Part shown: positions 1 through 12,016 of the stretch, piece by piece
How the letters are laid out: each line of letters begins with the position of its first letter
How positions within the stretch are numbered: the stretch's first letter is position 1
From: Candidatus Saccharimonadota bacterium
Lineage (GTDB): Bacteria > Patescibacteriota > Gracilibacteria > BD1-5 > UBA6164
DNA: 32,000 nt
Assembly (NCBI GenBank): GCA_004563595.2
Contig: CP042461.1
Location: 810,001 to 842,000, forward strand
Direction: 5' to 3'
The notes under the pieces: model-generated
Told to the model about the DNA's origin: nothing
Seen by the model: the letters and a program-made list of their open reading frames with translations, nothing else
Database searches by the model: none
Made by a program: the position numbers and the translations under genes

Positions 1-517
1 ATCACATTACTTCAATTATTTTCTTAATCATTGTAAAAAGATTCTTGAAATGAGTTACAAATAAGGCAAGTCACAATCCCCAGATTGAGACTGCTGCTCT
101 AAATAAACTTCCTCCATCATTATTTACTTCTACACCAAGAGGAGTAAATAAATGAAAAAATATAGCTCATGACATGATCATTACTGCTCACAAACCTCAC
201 AGAGCAAATAGATATTCTGGAACCATCTTTGCCTTGAATAATCATAGTAATTTAGCTATATACATAAGTACAGGAATGATGAGTAATATTGATATAATTA
301 ACTCTCCTGTTCATATCAGATATGCTCAGTAATTAGTAAATCAATTTCAAATAGTCTCTCAAAAAGTCATACTCATCCACTCTCATATAGTTCAAAAAAT
401 GTGTTGAGTTTCTGGATCATCAGTAAACTTAAACGTGAGTGAAATCAAAAAGACATATGATATCCAAATAGAGACCAACGAAGTTACCGTTTTTTTAATT
501 ATAGAACATGTTTTCAT
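1..517 (-). CDS. DoxX-family-like integral membrane protein; the 3' end runs off the window start
   Basis: The ATG is at 517 (MKTCSIIKKTVTSLVSIWISYVFL...). The frame stays open to position 1 with no TAA or TAG, and about 13 in-frame TGA are read as Gly. It has several hydrophobic helices, and the pattern ...GTGELIISILLIIP...GAIFFHLF... is typical of DoxX-like proteins. Confidence 0.6.
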
Positions 518-673
518 AATATAAAAATTAACAAATAATATAAAATTAACATCGTAATAAAATATTTTAAAAAAGCTCTAGCCTATAAGACATTGTAATA
601 TTATTTTACTAAAACTCAAACGATATTTTATGAGTAAAACTTAAATTAATCTTAATTCCAATTTTTATATTAT

Positions 674-2251
674 TTAAATTGCTAATTTATCATCTGCTAC
701 GAAATATGTTGGGTCTTCAATTACATTAATATCAACAATTTTATCTGCATTCTTGATAAGCTTTCTACAATCTGGTGATAGGTGTTTTAAATGAAGCGTT
801 TTTCATGCTTTTTCATATTTTTCTGTAAGAGAATCTATAGCTTCAATAGCAGAATGATCCATTACTCTTGAATCAGCAAAATCAATAATAATTTCTTTTG
901 TATCATTTTTTACATCAAATAATGTTTTGAATTTTGTAATCGAACCAAAGAACACTGGTCAATCTAAGTCATAATGAGTAATATTATCTGAATCAATAAA
1001 CTTTTCTACATGTATACATTCTGCCTTTTCCCAAGCAAAAACTAAAGCTGAAATAATAACTCATGATACCACTGCAAGAGCTAAATCTCAACTTACAACA
1101 GTAATAGTAGTAACCGCAATTATTACAAATGCATCACTTTTTGGAATTTTATTTAACATTTTTATTGTTGGCCATGCAAACGTACCAATTACAACTATAA
1201 ACATAAGCCCTACAAGCGCAGCAAGAGGAATCATTGAAATGTATGCAGTAGCAAAAACAATAAGAAGTATTAAAAATATTGAAGATGAAATTCAAGACAT
1301 TCTCCCCCTTCATCCATTTGATATATTGATCATTGATTGCCCTATCATCGCACACCCTCACATCGCACCGAAAAATCAACAAATAGTATTTGCAATTCAT
1401 TGACCAATTGATTCTCTATTCCCTTTTCATCTTGTTTCAGTAATCTCATCAATAAGAGTTAGAGTCATTAATGATTCTGTTAAACCAATAATAGCAAGAA
1501 TAAACGAATATGGGATAATAATATACAACATCTCTAAAAGTGGTATATCTATAATAGGAATATGGAAGCTTGGAAATGAACCAATCAAACCTGTATAGCC
1601 ATTTTCAGATAAGTATGATGATACCGTTCTTACTCCTTCAAAACCAGGTATAAATAGGACAAGTAATGTAACAAATACAATAGCAACTAATCATGATGGA
1701 ATTGCTTTTGTTAATTTTGGTAAAAAATAAATGATTCACATAGTAAGCAAAATCAAACCTCACATAATGAGGAGTTCTTTTTGAGCCAGCCATTCTCATC
1801 ATACTTTAAATTGCCCGATTTGAGCTAAAAAGATAATGATTGCGAGTCCATTTACAAAACCAAGCATTACAGGATGAGGTATAAGTCTCACGAATTTTGC
1901 TCATCAGAATATTCAAAAAAGTATTTGAATAAGTCACATGAGAATAAGCGTTGCAAAGAGATATTCAATACCATGAGCCAGAACAAGAGAAGTCATTACA
2001 ACAGCCAAAGCTCAGGTAGCACCAGAAATCATACCTGGTCTTCATCCAAAAATTGCAGTTAATAATCATACGATAAAAGCAGCATGTAATCACACCATTG
2101 GATTTACTCATGCAACAAACGAAAATGCAATAGCTTCTGGAATAAGAGCCAAAGCTACCGTTAATCATGATAATATATCAGTTTTTAATTGAGTTTTATT
2201 CTTAAACTCTTCAAAAAATCATTTTTTATTTAAATATGAGAGTAGTAACAT
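674..2251 (-). CDS. sulP: SulP-family anion (sulfate/bicarbonate) permease with a C-terminal STAS domain, 525 aa
   Basis: The frame is continuous from ATG 2251 to TAA 674-676; I checked every triplet and found no TAA or TAG. About 26 in-frame TGA fall at conserved glycines ([53 protein letters not shown]). The STAS tail reads FFGSITKF...[20 protein letters not shown]...[16 protein letters not shown]. Confidence 0.92.
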
Positions 2252-2363
2252 CAAATATTAGTTATTAAGTAAAATAAAATAGCTATCTAAAAGAATAGAT
2301 AACTATTTTTTAAATCAGCCAGATACTATCAAAAAAGTAATAAAAGTAAATAGTTAAATAGTT

Positions 2364-5300
2364 TTAATAACTCAAATTCAGATAAAATGATAAACTTGTT
2401 GTATAATTCCCTGCTGCTTGAAGTTCATCTATAAGTGTTCAGATTTTTATATTATAGGTATATGTATTTTGTAATCCATCTGTATTCAAGCTTTGAATTT
2501 GAGTAGCAATCACAGGATTTAAGTTTATATTTAAATTTGTTCAACTGTATGGAAATGCATCATATCATACTCATTCTAAACCATCCCAATCAATAATTAT
2601 AGATGAGCCTCAATTATCAAAAGTAGCATCTTTAGAGAGCTGTACATCAAATCCAGCTCAGAGAGTTCTTACGGTAATAATAATCTCATCTGTTGAGAAA
2701 TTGAGTCCTCAACTTGGAAGTGTTCCAGCATCCAAACTTCATGTACTTACAATCAATTCTGGAATGTCTATATAAAAAACTGCTCACGTTGTAGCGCTGT
2801 TTCAGTTATTATCAAATATTTGAAAACTATACCTATATTTTCAAAAGCTAAGATCATTTGTTGGATATGTCGCAGATGTTGCTGTTACTACTTTGGATCA
2901 TAGATTAAATCCTGTTGCAGATATATCTGCTCACCAAGAACTCCCATTCCACTTATTCAATGATATGATATCTGAAGAAGTATTTATTCATGATTCTGCA
3001 TCTGAATAGTTAATAACAATATTATGATTTCATCATGGCAACAGAGATCATGAAGAAAAATTGATAGATGAGATAACTGGATCAGTAGAATCAACTGCAG
3101 TATTTTCAAATGTAATATAATCAATAAAAGCATTATCAGTACCTGAGCTTCATCATCCATCTTTTATAAAACACCATTTATATTGATGAGTTCCAGCTAC
3201 TATAGTATTATTAGAATATGTGGCCCATGGAACCGTTCACGACCAATTTTGAGTATCTACATTATCAATATAAAACCTTAAATAATCACTTCAAGCCTGA
3301 GAAGATACTTCATAATCAAAATTAATTGTTCAAACTGCATCAAAAGTATGTGTTACTTCAAAACAAGACTGAGTATTATCTCATCCATTACTACTCTCAA
3401 AAGAGTAAGATCATTCATTTGGATTTGTTGTAGTCCTTGTCCACGTTCATGACGTAACATTATACTTATATTCATTTAATATATTTTCAAAATCAATAAT
3501 TGAATTAACAGTTTCTCATATATTATTTATATTTATAGTAAATGTTTCTTGATATTGTCATCAATTTCAATCATCAGTCTGAATCCTTATACTAAATGTT
3601 GATTTTATTTCATAATCAGGAGAAATATTTATAGATAAAATTGATCCTACTATTGAAAAAAGTCAGTTATCATCATCTCATGATCATGCAACAAAAGTAT
3701 AGACATGACTATCTCAAATATCTGCATCAGTAGTTGTAAAAGTTCATACTGTGGATCATGCTCAGATATTCTCATTAATACTATTATTTGAAACTGATAT
3801 ATCTGTAGGGATATTATTTGTAGAAGAAAGTGTAGCTATAGTAAATTCACGTGTATTATTAAGGTTTATTCAAGGAATTTGCCAAATATCTCAGCTTGTA
3901 TTTATCATTACTTGTGGAATTTCATCAGCAAGACTATTATCATTATCACTATCATAAACGAAATAATAATCTGTTCAAGCACTCAAGACAGGAACATCAA
4001 AATTGATATTTGCAAGGTCAAAATCCAAATTCACAGTTCATAACTCCCCTGTTTCCTGAACCCTCCAGATACGAGAAAGTGAATAGTATCAAGCAGGTGC
4101 ATCTACAGCCGTCCAAGTATTTCCTCAGTCATTATTTGCAAGTGTTAAAAACTCGAAATCTCATATATCAACAAAACTAGGAGATGAATTTGTCCCTTCA
4201 GATATAGCCTCAATAGTAATAATATTATCATTATTTACAGACTTTGATTTTATTTGTCATAACTCAGATATATCATCTCTTCATATACCAAATATATCAT
4301 GTATATATGATCATGCTGAAGCCGTTGACCATATACTTGTTAATCCATCTGATGCTGTATAATTTTGTACTCAAGAATTAAGAGTCATTCAGTATTTTAA
4401 AGATAAATAAGACTCTAATCTTTCTCTATCAGCATCTGCAATTCTTCCACTATAATTAATTACCTCTGCAATTTTCCCATTATAATAAAAAGGATAGGTA
4501 TTATCTAAACTTCTTCATAATGCATAATCCGCTGTACTCAGTGTTTGATATGTATTTACAGTATAATTATCTACTTGTAAACCCTTTTCATATAGTTCTA
4601 GTCCATTTGCTCATGAATTTTCATTTGAAATAATAAGCATTGGCTTTCATGCATCATAAGATGCTATTCAAATCTGAGATGTTCTCAAATTTACACTTGA
4701 TCAAATTGCATGCGTAATAACTTCATCATTAATTGCTGCAGTAAAGGCACCTAGTGTTACTCATGCAAAGCTTAATCAGCATGTTCATGTACTTAATATT
4801 CATGAAAAACAATCAAATCCAAATGGAACCTGTCAGGTAATAGTTCCATCAATAGTACTATCAGGAACAACAACAAGCAAATAACTATCCGTGTACGCTC
4901 CATTATTTAAGTTTTCTAAATATTGTGTTGATCCATTAAAATCAATCACAGGATTAAAATTAAGAGAATCTGTTGTATTACTTCTATATATAGGTGATAC
5001 TCATCATCATGCATTAAAACCATTTCAAGATTGGTCATTCCAACTACTCACACTATTTCAATCAGTAGTAGTACTTGTCCCTTGATCAGCTTTCAGCCAT
5101 ATTTGTAAATTAGTTCCGACTCAACCAGGTCCTGGATCATCACTTACTATTACAGAAACTCAATCTAATTCTACTTGCTGAGTCCCATTTGAAGTTAAAA
5201 ATGCTTTGAATGTAAATATATCAGTTCCTCATCATAGAGCATCAAAAGTAGAGATATTTGTATGTATAATAGATGCGGAGCTTGAATTTATTACTCATGA

Positions 5301-6659
5301 GACTGTTGTTTGCCATGAAGCACCATTATAATAATACCAGGTAATTCAATCATTTTTTGATATTTGATATGTTACTGTTCCTTGGTTTCATCAGCCTAAT
5401 GTTTCTGAAAATCATAAAATATTATATCATAAGTAATCATACCCTGTATTAGGAATCACATCTGGGCTCTGTGAATCATATTCATATGTTAAAATTTCCA
5501 ATCCATCACTTACACCTGAAGCTATATATAGGTAATTTCATACTTTAAATACTCACCTCGCACCATTCAGTTCTTGAGAACCTCATGAATTAAGGATAGA
5601 ATTTAGGAAAAGTGGTGAAAGAGGATTTGAAATATCAATGGCACTTACTGCATCATCTACATTAGCTGTAATAAAAAGAGTATTCCCCTCAATCAATAAA
5701 CCTCTTGCTCAGTTTAAAAGAAAATCTCAACCATCATCAATAGACTGTGCAATAAATAAATTCGATGGATCACTAATGTCAACTATTTGGAGAGAATCAT
5801 CTATATATGATGACACATAAGCGTAATTTCATGAAATGGTAATTTTCCAGGCACCATTTAAACGAGTATCAGTAATACTATCATCAATTACAGGAACTAT
5901 TGGGTTTGAAATATCAACACTTGTAATTCTATCTCTTGTATAAGCTGTAGCAAATATATAATTTCAAGATACATACAGTCATCTTGTTCATCTTAAATTC
6001 GTTGTATCCCTTAATGCTGTAATCCAAACAGGTGAGACAGGGTTAGAAACATCAATAACAACTATCGAATGATCTGATTGAGAAGATACGTATAAATAAT
6101 TCCCATTTTTTACTATTCACCTTGCTCAGTTTAATCTATTAGAAGTCGGACTATTTAAAACTTGAGCTATTGCAACTGGACTTGTTGGAGATGAAACATC
6201 TATAATTTGTACAGCATCACTCACTTGTGAAGCTATATATATATAATTTCAATCTTTCACCAATGAAGAAGCTCAATCTAAACGTATAGTTCATCAATTA
6301 TTTTGTAGAGTAGCAACAATAATAGGAGAAGTTGGGTCTGAAATATCAATAACCTGAAATCTATCACCATTATAAGCTGTCATATATGCATAATTTCAAT
6401 CAACAACCACATCATCAGCTCCGTTCAGAACTGTCCCATCAGTCACACTTCCTATATGATTAAATTTCTCTTTTAATGTAGCAATAGAAGAGCTTATATC
6501 GATACTATTAACATCTGATACAGTATAATTTCATTGAACATCAAAGCTCCAATTATTTGCTGCAGCATATGTTTGGTAAGAAAAAAACACCAGGCTTATC
6601 AAGCAAAGGAGTTGAAAAATAAAAGAAAAATGGACTTTTTTTACTCAAGAATTACTCAT
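2364..6659 (-). CDS. Giant secreted surface protein (1431 aa). Domain order: signal peptide, about 8 LVIVD beta-propeller repeats, LamG-like lectin domain, cadherin-like domain, MAM/CUB-like jelly-roll, Ig-like C-terminal region
   Basis: ATG 6659 to TAA 2364-2366 spans 4296 nt, and I scanned all 1431 triplets and found no TAA or TAG. The N-terminus MSNSGVKKVHFSFIFQLLCLISLVFFSYQTYAAA looks like a signal peptide. The motif GNYAY.....F.VIDISDP.SP recurs about 8 times (LVIVD type). Other recognisable segments are LQIWLKADQGTS..VSSWNDQSGNG (LamG_3-like) and PTDISVSNNSINENIGAGSTVGTFTTTDADIGDSHVYTF...FSIRIQTDDGNGG (cadherin-like). Confidence 0.9.
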
Positions 6660-6890
6660 ATAAAAAAATATAATTATTTATTATTCTTTGATTACAAAGG
6701 TATAAAATACTACTAAAAGTATATTTTTTTGCGGACTCTTGTCAATGATAGAACTTAAAATATCCTAAAAATATAAAAGAAAATATAAAAATAATTTGGT
6801 TTATTCTCATATGTGTATATAATTCATCTACTGTAATTAATTAGATTTACTTCTGGTTAATTATTTATTTATTATTATTTACACATTTTT

Positions 6891-7091
6891 ATGAAAGAAG
6901 GTATTATTAAAGTAAAATTAAATGGTTTTGGTTTTATTAAATTAGAAGACGCAGCAGATGATGTATTTTTCCATGCTAACAATTTAGAAGGTATAGAATT
7001 CGACAGCTTAGAAGAAGGTAACGTAGTTAGCTTTGAAGTTGGTGAAGGTAAAAACGGAAAAGAACAAGCTCTTAACGTTCAACTAGTATAA
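6891..7091 (+). CDS. cspA: Cold-shock domain protein (CspA family), 66 aa
   Basis: MKEGIIKVKLNGFGFIKLEDAADDVFFHANNLEG... contains the RNP1-like GFGFI and RNP2-like VFFH motifs. It ends in TAA and has no in-frame TGA. An intrinsic terminator follows. Confidence 0.93.
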   Translation: MKEGIIKVKLNGFGFIKLEDAADDVFFHANNLEGIEFDSLEEGNVVSFEVGEGKNGKEQALNVQLV

Positions 7092-7121
7092 TTAGCTAAT
7101 TTTCAATAATTAGTTTCTAAT

Positions 7122-7165
7122 AAAAGAAGTTTTTGATGATTTATTATCAAAAGCTTTTTTTATTT
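7122..7165 (+). terminator. Rho-independent terminator of the csp gene
   Basis: The stem pairs ttttgat (7131-7137) with atcaaaa (7146-7152) and is extended by flanking A/G:T pairs. It is followed by gcttttttta tttt. Confidence 0.6.
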
Positions 7166-7238
7166 TGTACTTTTTAATAGCCTTTTTATTAATTACTATT
7201 ATAATCCCCTAAATCAATAATTATATTCATATAAAAAC

Positions 7239-9065
7239 ATGCTGGAAAATATAATAAATAGAGTTTTAGAACATCATGATGATTTTACTTATGAAGAAGT
7301 AAAAGAAATCTGTGATGATTTTTTAGCTGAGATACCAAAAAAGATTAAGCCAGAAACAAAATTAAAAAGACTGAATAAATTTCTAGATAAAGAATTTGAG
7401 TTAGAAGGTAATGATATGAAAACTCAATGAGCTGTTAAAAACTATTCACTGGAAACCATTCCAAAATACCTTTTTGAATGAAAATCAAAAATAGTATCAA
7501 GTTTAATAAATATAAAAACCTTAAATAAAAACATTGAGCAAACATATTTATTTGAAAATGCGAGTTTAAAAGTAAATAGTAATGATAAAATTGCTCTTAT
7601 TTGAAAAAATTGATGCTGAAAAACTACTCTTCTTAAAATGATTATCTGAAAAGAGGAAAACTTAGATGGTATTATAGAAATAGCACCAGGATTAAATATA
7701 TGATATCTCTCTCAAGATCTTTTTTGGAAATCAGAAAAAAATACCCTCAAAGAAGAAATGCTTGAACTTTTTCCTGAAATAAATAAACAAATTGCAAGGC
7801 TCAATGAAATACAAAATGATTCTGAAGCTTGGGAAGAAGTTGAGTCTTTAAATAAATCACTTATAGAAGAAGATGGTTTCAAAAAATATCTTCTTCAACT
7901 AGATATTTTAAAATATTTTTGATTTTCAGACGAACAACTTGATTTTAACGTATTACAGTTATCTGGTTGAGAACAAACAAAAGTACAAATTGCAAAATTC
8001 TTAATTCAAGAAGTTGATTTACTCATACTCGATGAACCAACAAACCATTTAGATATTAATGGGATAATTTTTTTAGAGCAATTTTGTAAAAATTGGAAGA
8101 AGGCAATCCTTTCAATATCACATGATATTAGATTCATAAATAACACTTCAACTAAGATTGCAGAGATATCAAATAAAAGTATCCATAATTACCCAGGAAA
8201 CTATGAAGAGTATTTAATAGAAAAACAGTCTCGTTTTGATAAAGAAATGAAAGACTATACGAATCAAAAGAGAGAAATAGATAGGCAAAACGATTATATA
8301 AATAGATTTAGAGCTAATTCTGCAAAAGCAAGTAGTGTTCAAAGTAGAATTAAAGCTCTTGATAAGGTAGACGTATTAACAAAACCTGAAAATGAATCAA
8401 TCATAAAAATGATTCAAGTAAACTCAGATAAAAGACTCCCCGAAGTTATCATGAAACTTCATAATGTAGAAGTATGATATGACTATCCTATAGTAACACT
8501 CCCAAAATATATAGAAGTATATAAATCTGATAAAATTTGAATTATTTGAGAAAACTGAGCTGGGAAAACCACATTACTCAAAACTATTTTGTGAGAGTTA
8601 AGTGCACTAGATGGAACTTCAGAAATAAATGAAACTATTAAAATAGGGTCATACTCGCAAGTACTTGAAGATTTAGATATAAATTCAAGTATCATAGAAG
8701 AGCTCTGAAAAGATTATGAAAGTGAAAAAGAGATCAGAACTATTCTCTGATGATTACTCATTCAGTGAGACAAAGTAGATCAAAAAATATCAACACTTTC
8801 TGGTTGAGAAAAAGCAAAAGTAGCACTTACTAAGATGTTACTAGTAAAACCACATATAATCGTAATGGATGAACCAACCAATCATTTAGACCTGCATTCA
8901 AAAGAGGTTATCAAAAAAATGTTAGAATGATTTAATGGGACTACTCTTATAGTTTCCCACGATAGAGATTTACTTGAGTCAGTTTCAAATAAAATCTGGT
9001 TGATAAAAGAAAAAATGCTTGTAGTTTATAATGAACCCGAGAAAGGTTTTAGTGAGATTTTTTAG
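7239..9065 (+). CDS. ABC-F family ATPase (two ABC domains, no TM domain), 608 aa, with an N-terminal extension of about 87 aa
   Basis: A single frame runs from ATG 7239 to TAG 9063-9065. Walker A 1 is written ALI-TGA-KN-TGA-C-TGA-KTT at 7596-7628. The signature is LSG-TGA-E with Walker B LLILDEP. Walker A 2 is I-TGA-II-TGA-EN-TGA-AGKTT (about 8536-8575). The second signature is LSG-TGA-EKAKV with IIVMDEPTNHLD. The track ORFs 7239..7430 and 8247..8477 are pieces of this gene. Confidence 0.93.
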
Positions 9066-9090
9066 GGAATTAAACCTAAGCACATAAACA

Positions 9091-9125
9091 AAAAAAATAG
9101 TAATTTTAAAATTACTATTTTTTTT
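9091..9125. terminator. Bidirectional terminator between the convergent ABC-F and SSB-tail genes
   Basis: This is a perfect 17+17 nt palindrome: aaaaaaatagtaatttt (9091-9107) and aaaattactattttttt (9108-9124). A-tracts and T-tracts lie on both sides. Confidence 0.7.
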
Positions 9126-9127
9126 GT

Positions 9128-9427
9128 TTAGAATGGGATATCTTCAACTGAGATATCTCATGCTTCATTATTTCCTTGTGCATTATTTGATGCTGGAGTA
9201 CTTGCTGGCTTATTATTAGCTTCTTCAGGATTCCATTCATTTAATGTAAAGTAATGTGTATCACCATATTGCCCTGGTTCTTTTCTTTTGCTCATTGTCA
9301 TATTTACATATCCTTTCTCATTTGCATATTGTTGTAATTTTTCAACATTTACACTAATATTAAAAAATTCTCCAAATTGTCCTGTAATAGCTTTACAGCT
9401 TGTCCCATCAATATATGTTTTTGCCAT
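9128..9427 (-). CDS. Small acidic-tailed protein ending in the SSB C-terminal tip ...EDIPF; putative non-canonical ssDNA-binding protein, 99 aa
   Basis: The track ORF 9158..9427 stops at a TGA. Reading that TGA as Gly adds GDISVEDIPF before TAA 9128-9130. The architecture is a globular N-terminal region, a low-complexity PASTPASNNAQGNNEA linker and a D/E-IPF tip, as in bacterial SSB. The N-terminal domain is not a canonical SSB OB sequence that I recognise. Confidence 0.75.
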
Positions 9428-9600
9428 GGTTTATTATTAATAATATTATACTAAACAATTATAGTTATTTTTTAAATCTATCAAGTAAATATTTAAAATA
9501 ATATGAACTGAGCATCTAAAATCAAAAATCAAACGTGACTTTTAATAATCAATCCATTCCTTGATTTTTTCCATTTTTTTAAAGGTAAGAGAACTATTTT

Positions 9601-11835
9601 TTATTCAACATTTCAGTCTGAATCCATTTTCGCAAAAAATGCTTCATTTGATCAAACAGCTGTGAAACTTTGTCATGCAATGATGGATGTTCATTCATAT
9701 GCTCATACTAAATATAGACTTGTTCCATCAAACTTTATATCCGAATAATCATCTCTAATTTTATGTTCTCAATATAATTTACTCCAGATAGCATTTCAAC
9801 TAGAATCAAGTTTGCTTACATAAGTAATTCCATCTACCGGGGCATTGACAGATTGTCCAAATAAATCATTTACTCATACTCAAACAGATCAAACCGAATA
9901 TATATTTCAACTACTATCTAAAGCAAGTTTTTGTCAGTAATCATTTCCAGGTCATTTTCAAATACTATTCCAAACAAGGACACCATTACTCGTTATTTTT
10001 GAAACATAGGTATCATTACGGCTGGCATTTGTTGCTGAACTTACAACTTCTCAAAACAATGTTGCAGAAACTCACCTAAACCACCCTGTAAAGAAGATAT
10101 TTCAGTTATTATCAAAAACTATATGTTCAGACTCTTCATATCATACTCATCAAGATGTAAGTATCCATTGTAGTACTCATGAATTATTCATTTTAAGTAC
10201 ATATGAATCGCCATCTCAATAAGTAGTTATACTCGTTCAATATAAGGTCATATTAGCAGAAAAAGATCCGGCTATATATATGTCTCAAGTGGCATTATCG
10301 ATATCAATAGTATTTCACCAATCAGTTCAAATTGAGTTTGAATTCTCGACCCACGTGCTTGTTAATGTATTATCTAATTTTACTACAAAACTATCAGGAT
10401 TTGCGTCAGGAGAGCTGATAGACATTCAAAAAATATCAGCGGTTCAGTCATACTGTCATGTTATATACACAGATCAATCATTTCAAATCACTATTCACTT
10501 TGGTCTATCATCTCAACTTCAACCTCATTTTTTATTAATTAATACGTTTCAATCAGAATCAAATTTTGTTAAAAATATATCATAACTTCAAGAGTTAGTA
10601 AATGATGTTCAAAAAATATCAGGACTTCCTGTCGAGAATCTTCATATCATGTATACATTATCATTCGAGTCTATTTCTAGCATATAAGGCACATCTTTTC
10701 CAGTTCATCATGCGGTTTTACTCCATATATAGTTTCAATTAGAATCAAGCTTTGCTAAAAACGTATCGTAATCTCAAGCACTTGTATAGGTCTCAGTTCA
10801 AATTGTTACATCTCATTTATATAACCCTGCTACATATATATTTCCAGAAGAGTCATAAACAATTGATTCTCAGTATGATTTACCTGAAGCATCTGTCGCG
10901 ATAGAGTTTACGAAGTATGTAGGTCCGGTATCTACATATGTGTCTATTGAAGAGCTAATGTGTTGCTTTACTATTAAATTAGCTAAGGTTTTTTCATCAG
11001 TAGTTCAATTAGCTGTGACAGTAATCGTTTCAATAGTGTTATTATTACTTACAACGTCTGTCCCTGTATAAATAGTTTGTAAATTGTTCAATAATGTAAC
11101 TTGGTTACTTATTTCATTAAGAGATGCAACTGATCATGTATAAGCTACAATGTTTCATGGATTAAATGTAAATCAAGCCCCATTTCAAGTTGTATTTAAC
11201 ACAGTTCATATATAACTTGCTGGTAGGTTAGATGACCCATTATATACTAGAGATCCAGATTGCATAAGAGAAATTATATCTCTGAGCGTTATATCTCATG
11301 AAATAATAGTAGGTACTCATAATACATAAGTAATAGATCAGGTATTTACTTTAGCAAGTATTTGATTGTAATTTCATTTTATATAAGTATACCCAACTTT
11401 TGTTCCTTCAGCATAAGCAGAATTTGTTAAACTATTTTGTGCTATTGATCATTCCATTACAGCTGCTACTTCATACTCTTTCTTTGTATTCAGTCTTGAG
11501 TAAGTATATTCAGATTCCGTGAGAGGGTCAACAGGTTTTTGATTAAAACTTCATAAATTTAGAATTATACTATCTCAAATAGTTCATTGATTCCAAACTT
11601 GTGCTCAACTAAATGTTATATCTACTCATTGAGTTGGCTCTGGAAATACTCATGTTTTTACTTCGAATAATCACATTGCAGAAGTTATTTGTGCAATATC
11701 AGTTTGTCTGACTGAATCACGAGCATTAGCAGAATATCACTGTAAAGATATAAACGCGATTGTTCATAAAATGGCTAAAATTGTAATAACAACTATGAGT
11801 TCAACAAGAGTAAATGCGTATTTGTTTATTTTCAT
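9601..11835 (-). CDS. Type IV pilin-like protein (prepilin N-terminal methylation domain) fused to an SBBP-type beta-propeller, 744 aa
   Basis: ATG 11835 to TAA 9601-9603; I scanned all triplets and found no TAA or TAG. The N-terminus MKINKYA/FTLVELIVVITILAILGTIAF is a class III signal plus hydrophobic helix with Glu5. The C-terminal half repeats D.SGNIYV.G....G......G and F..KLDS.GN..WSK about 7 times (SBBP propeller). Confidence 0.9.
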
Positions 11836-11965
11836 ATGTAGCTAGGTAATTAAAAAATAATTTGTATGCATTCTATGCAAAAAATAACTAATGTAAAATC
11901 TGCTTTTCAATCAAGCAAAGCTTTTGATAATGAGGGTTATACAGAGAAATTATTTGTTACACAGT

Positions 11966-11998
11966 AAAACCCCCTTAGTCTAACTAAAGGGGTTTTTT
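11966..11998 (-). terminator. Intrinsic terminator downstream of msrB (hairpin usable in both directions)
   Basis: In aaaaccccctt-agtctaact-aaggggtttttt, the stem pairs cccctt (11971-11976) with aagggg (11987-11992). T-runs flank it on both strands. It starts 19 nt after the msrB stop. Confidence 0.7.
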
Positions 11999-12016
11999 AT
12001 TTTGAATAATAGAGTG

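Noticed and set aside
1149-2168. Track ORFs 1149..1400(-), 1874..2062(+) and 1965..2168(-)
   Set aside because: They are Cys-rich or low-complexity translations in the wrong frame or strand of the SulP permease gene (674..2251). They exist only because the true frame is interrupted by TGA-Gly codons under the standard code.
3751-5820. Track ORFs 3751..3957, 4891..5085 and 5638..5820 on the + strand
   Set aside because: They are antisense to the intact 1431-aa surface-protein gene. Their composition is not protein-like, they have no motifs and they lack plausible starts or terminators.
10280-10585. Track ORF 10280..10585 (+)
   Set aside because: It is antisense to the SBBP-propeller pilin gene (9601..11835), whose frame I verified triplet by triplet. 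I recognise no motif in it.
11836-11965. A possible small RNA in the 180-nt gap between the pilin gene start and the msrB terminator (small hairpin tgcat-tct-atgca at about 11866-11878)
   Set aside because: I found no convincing promoter on either strand beyond what the pilin gene itself needs. The terminator at 11966-11998 is adequately explained by msrB.
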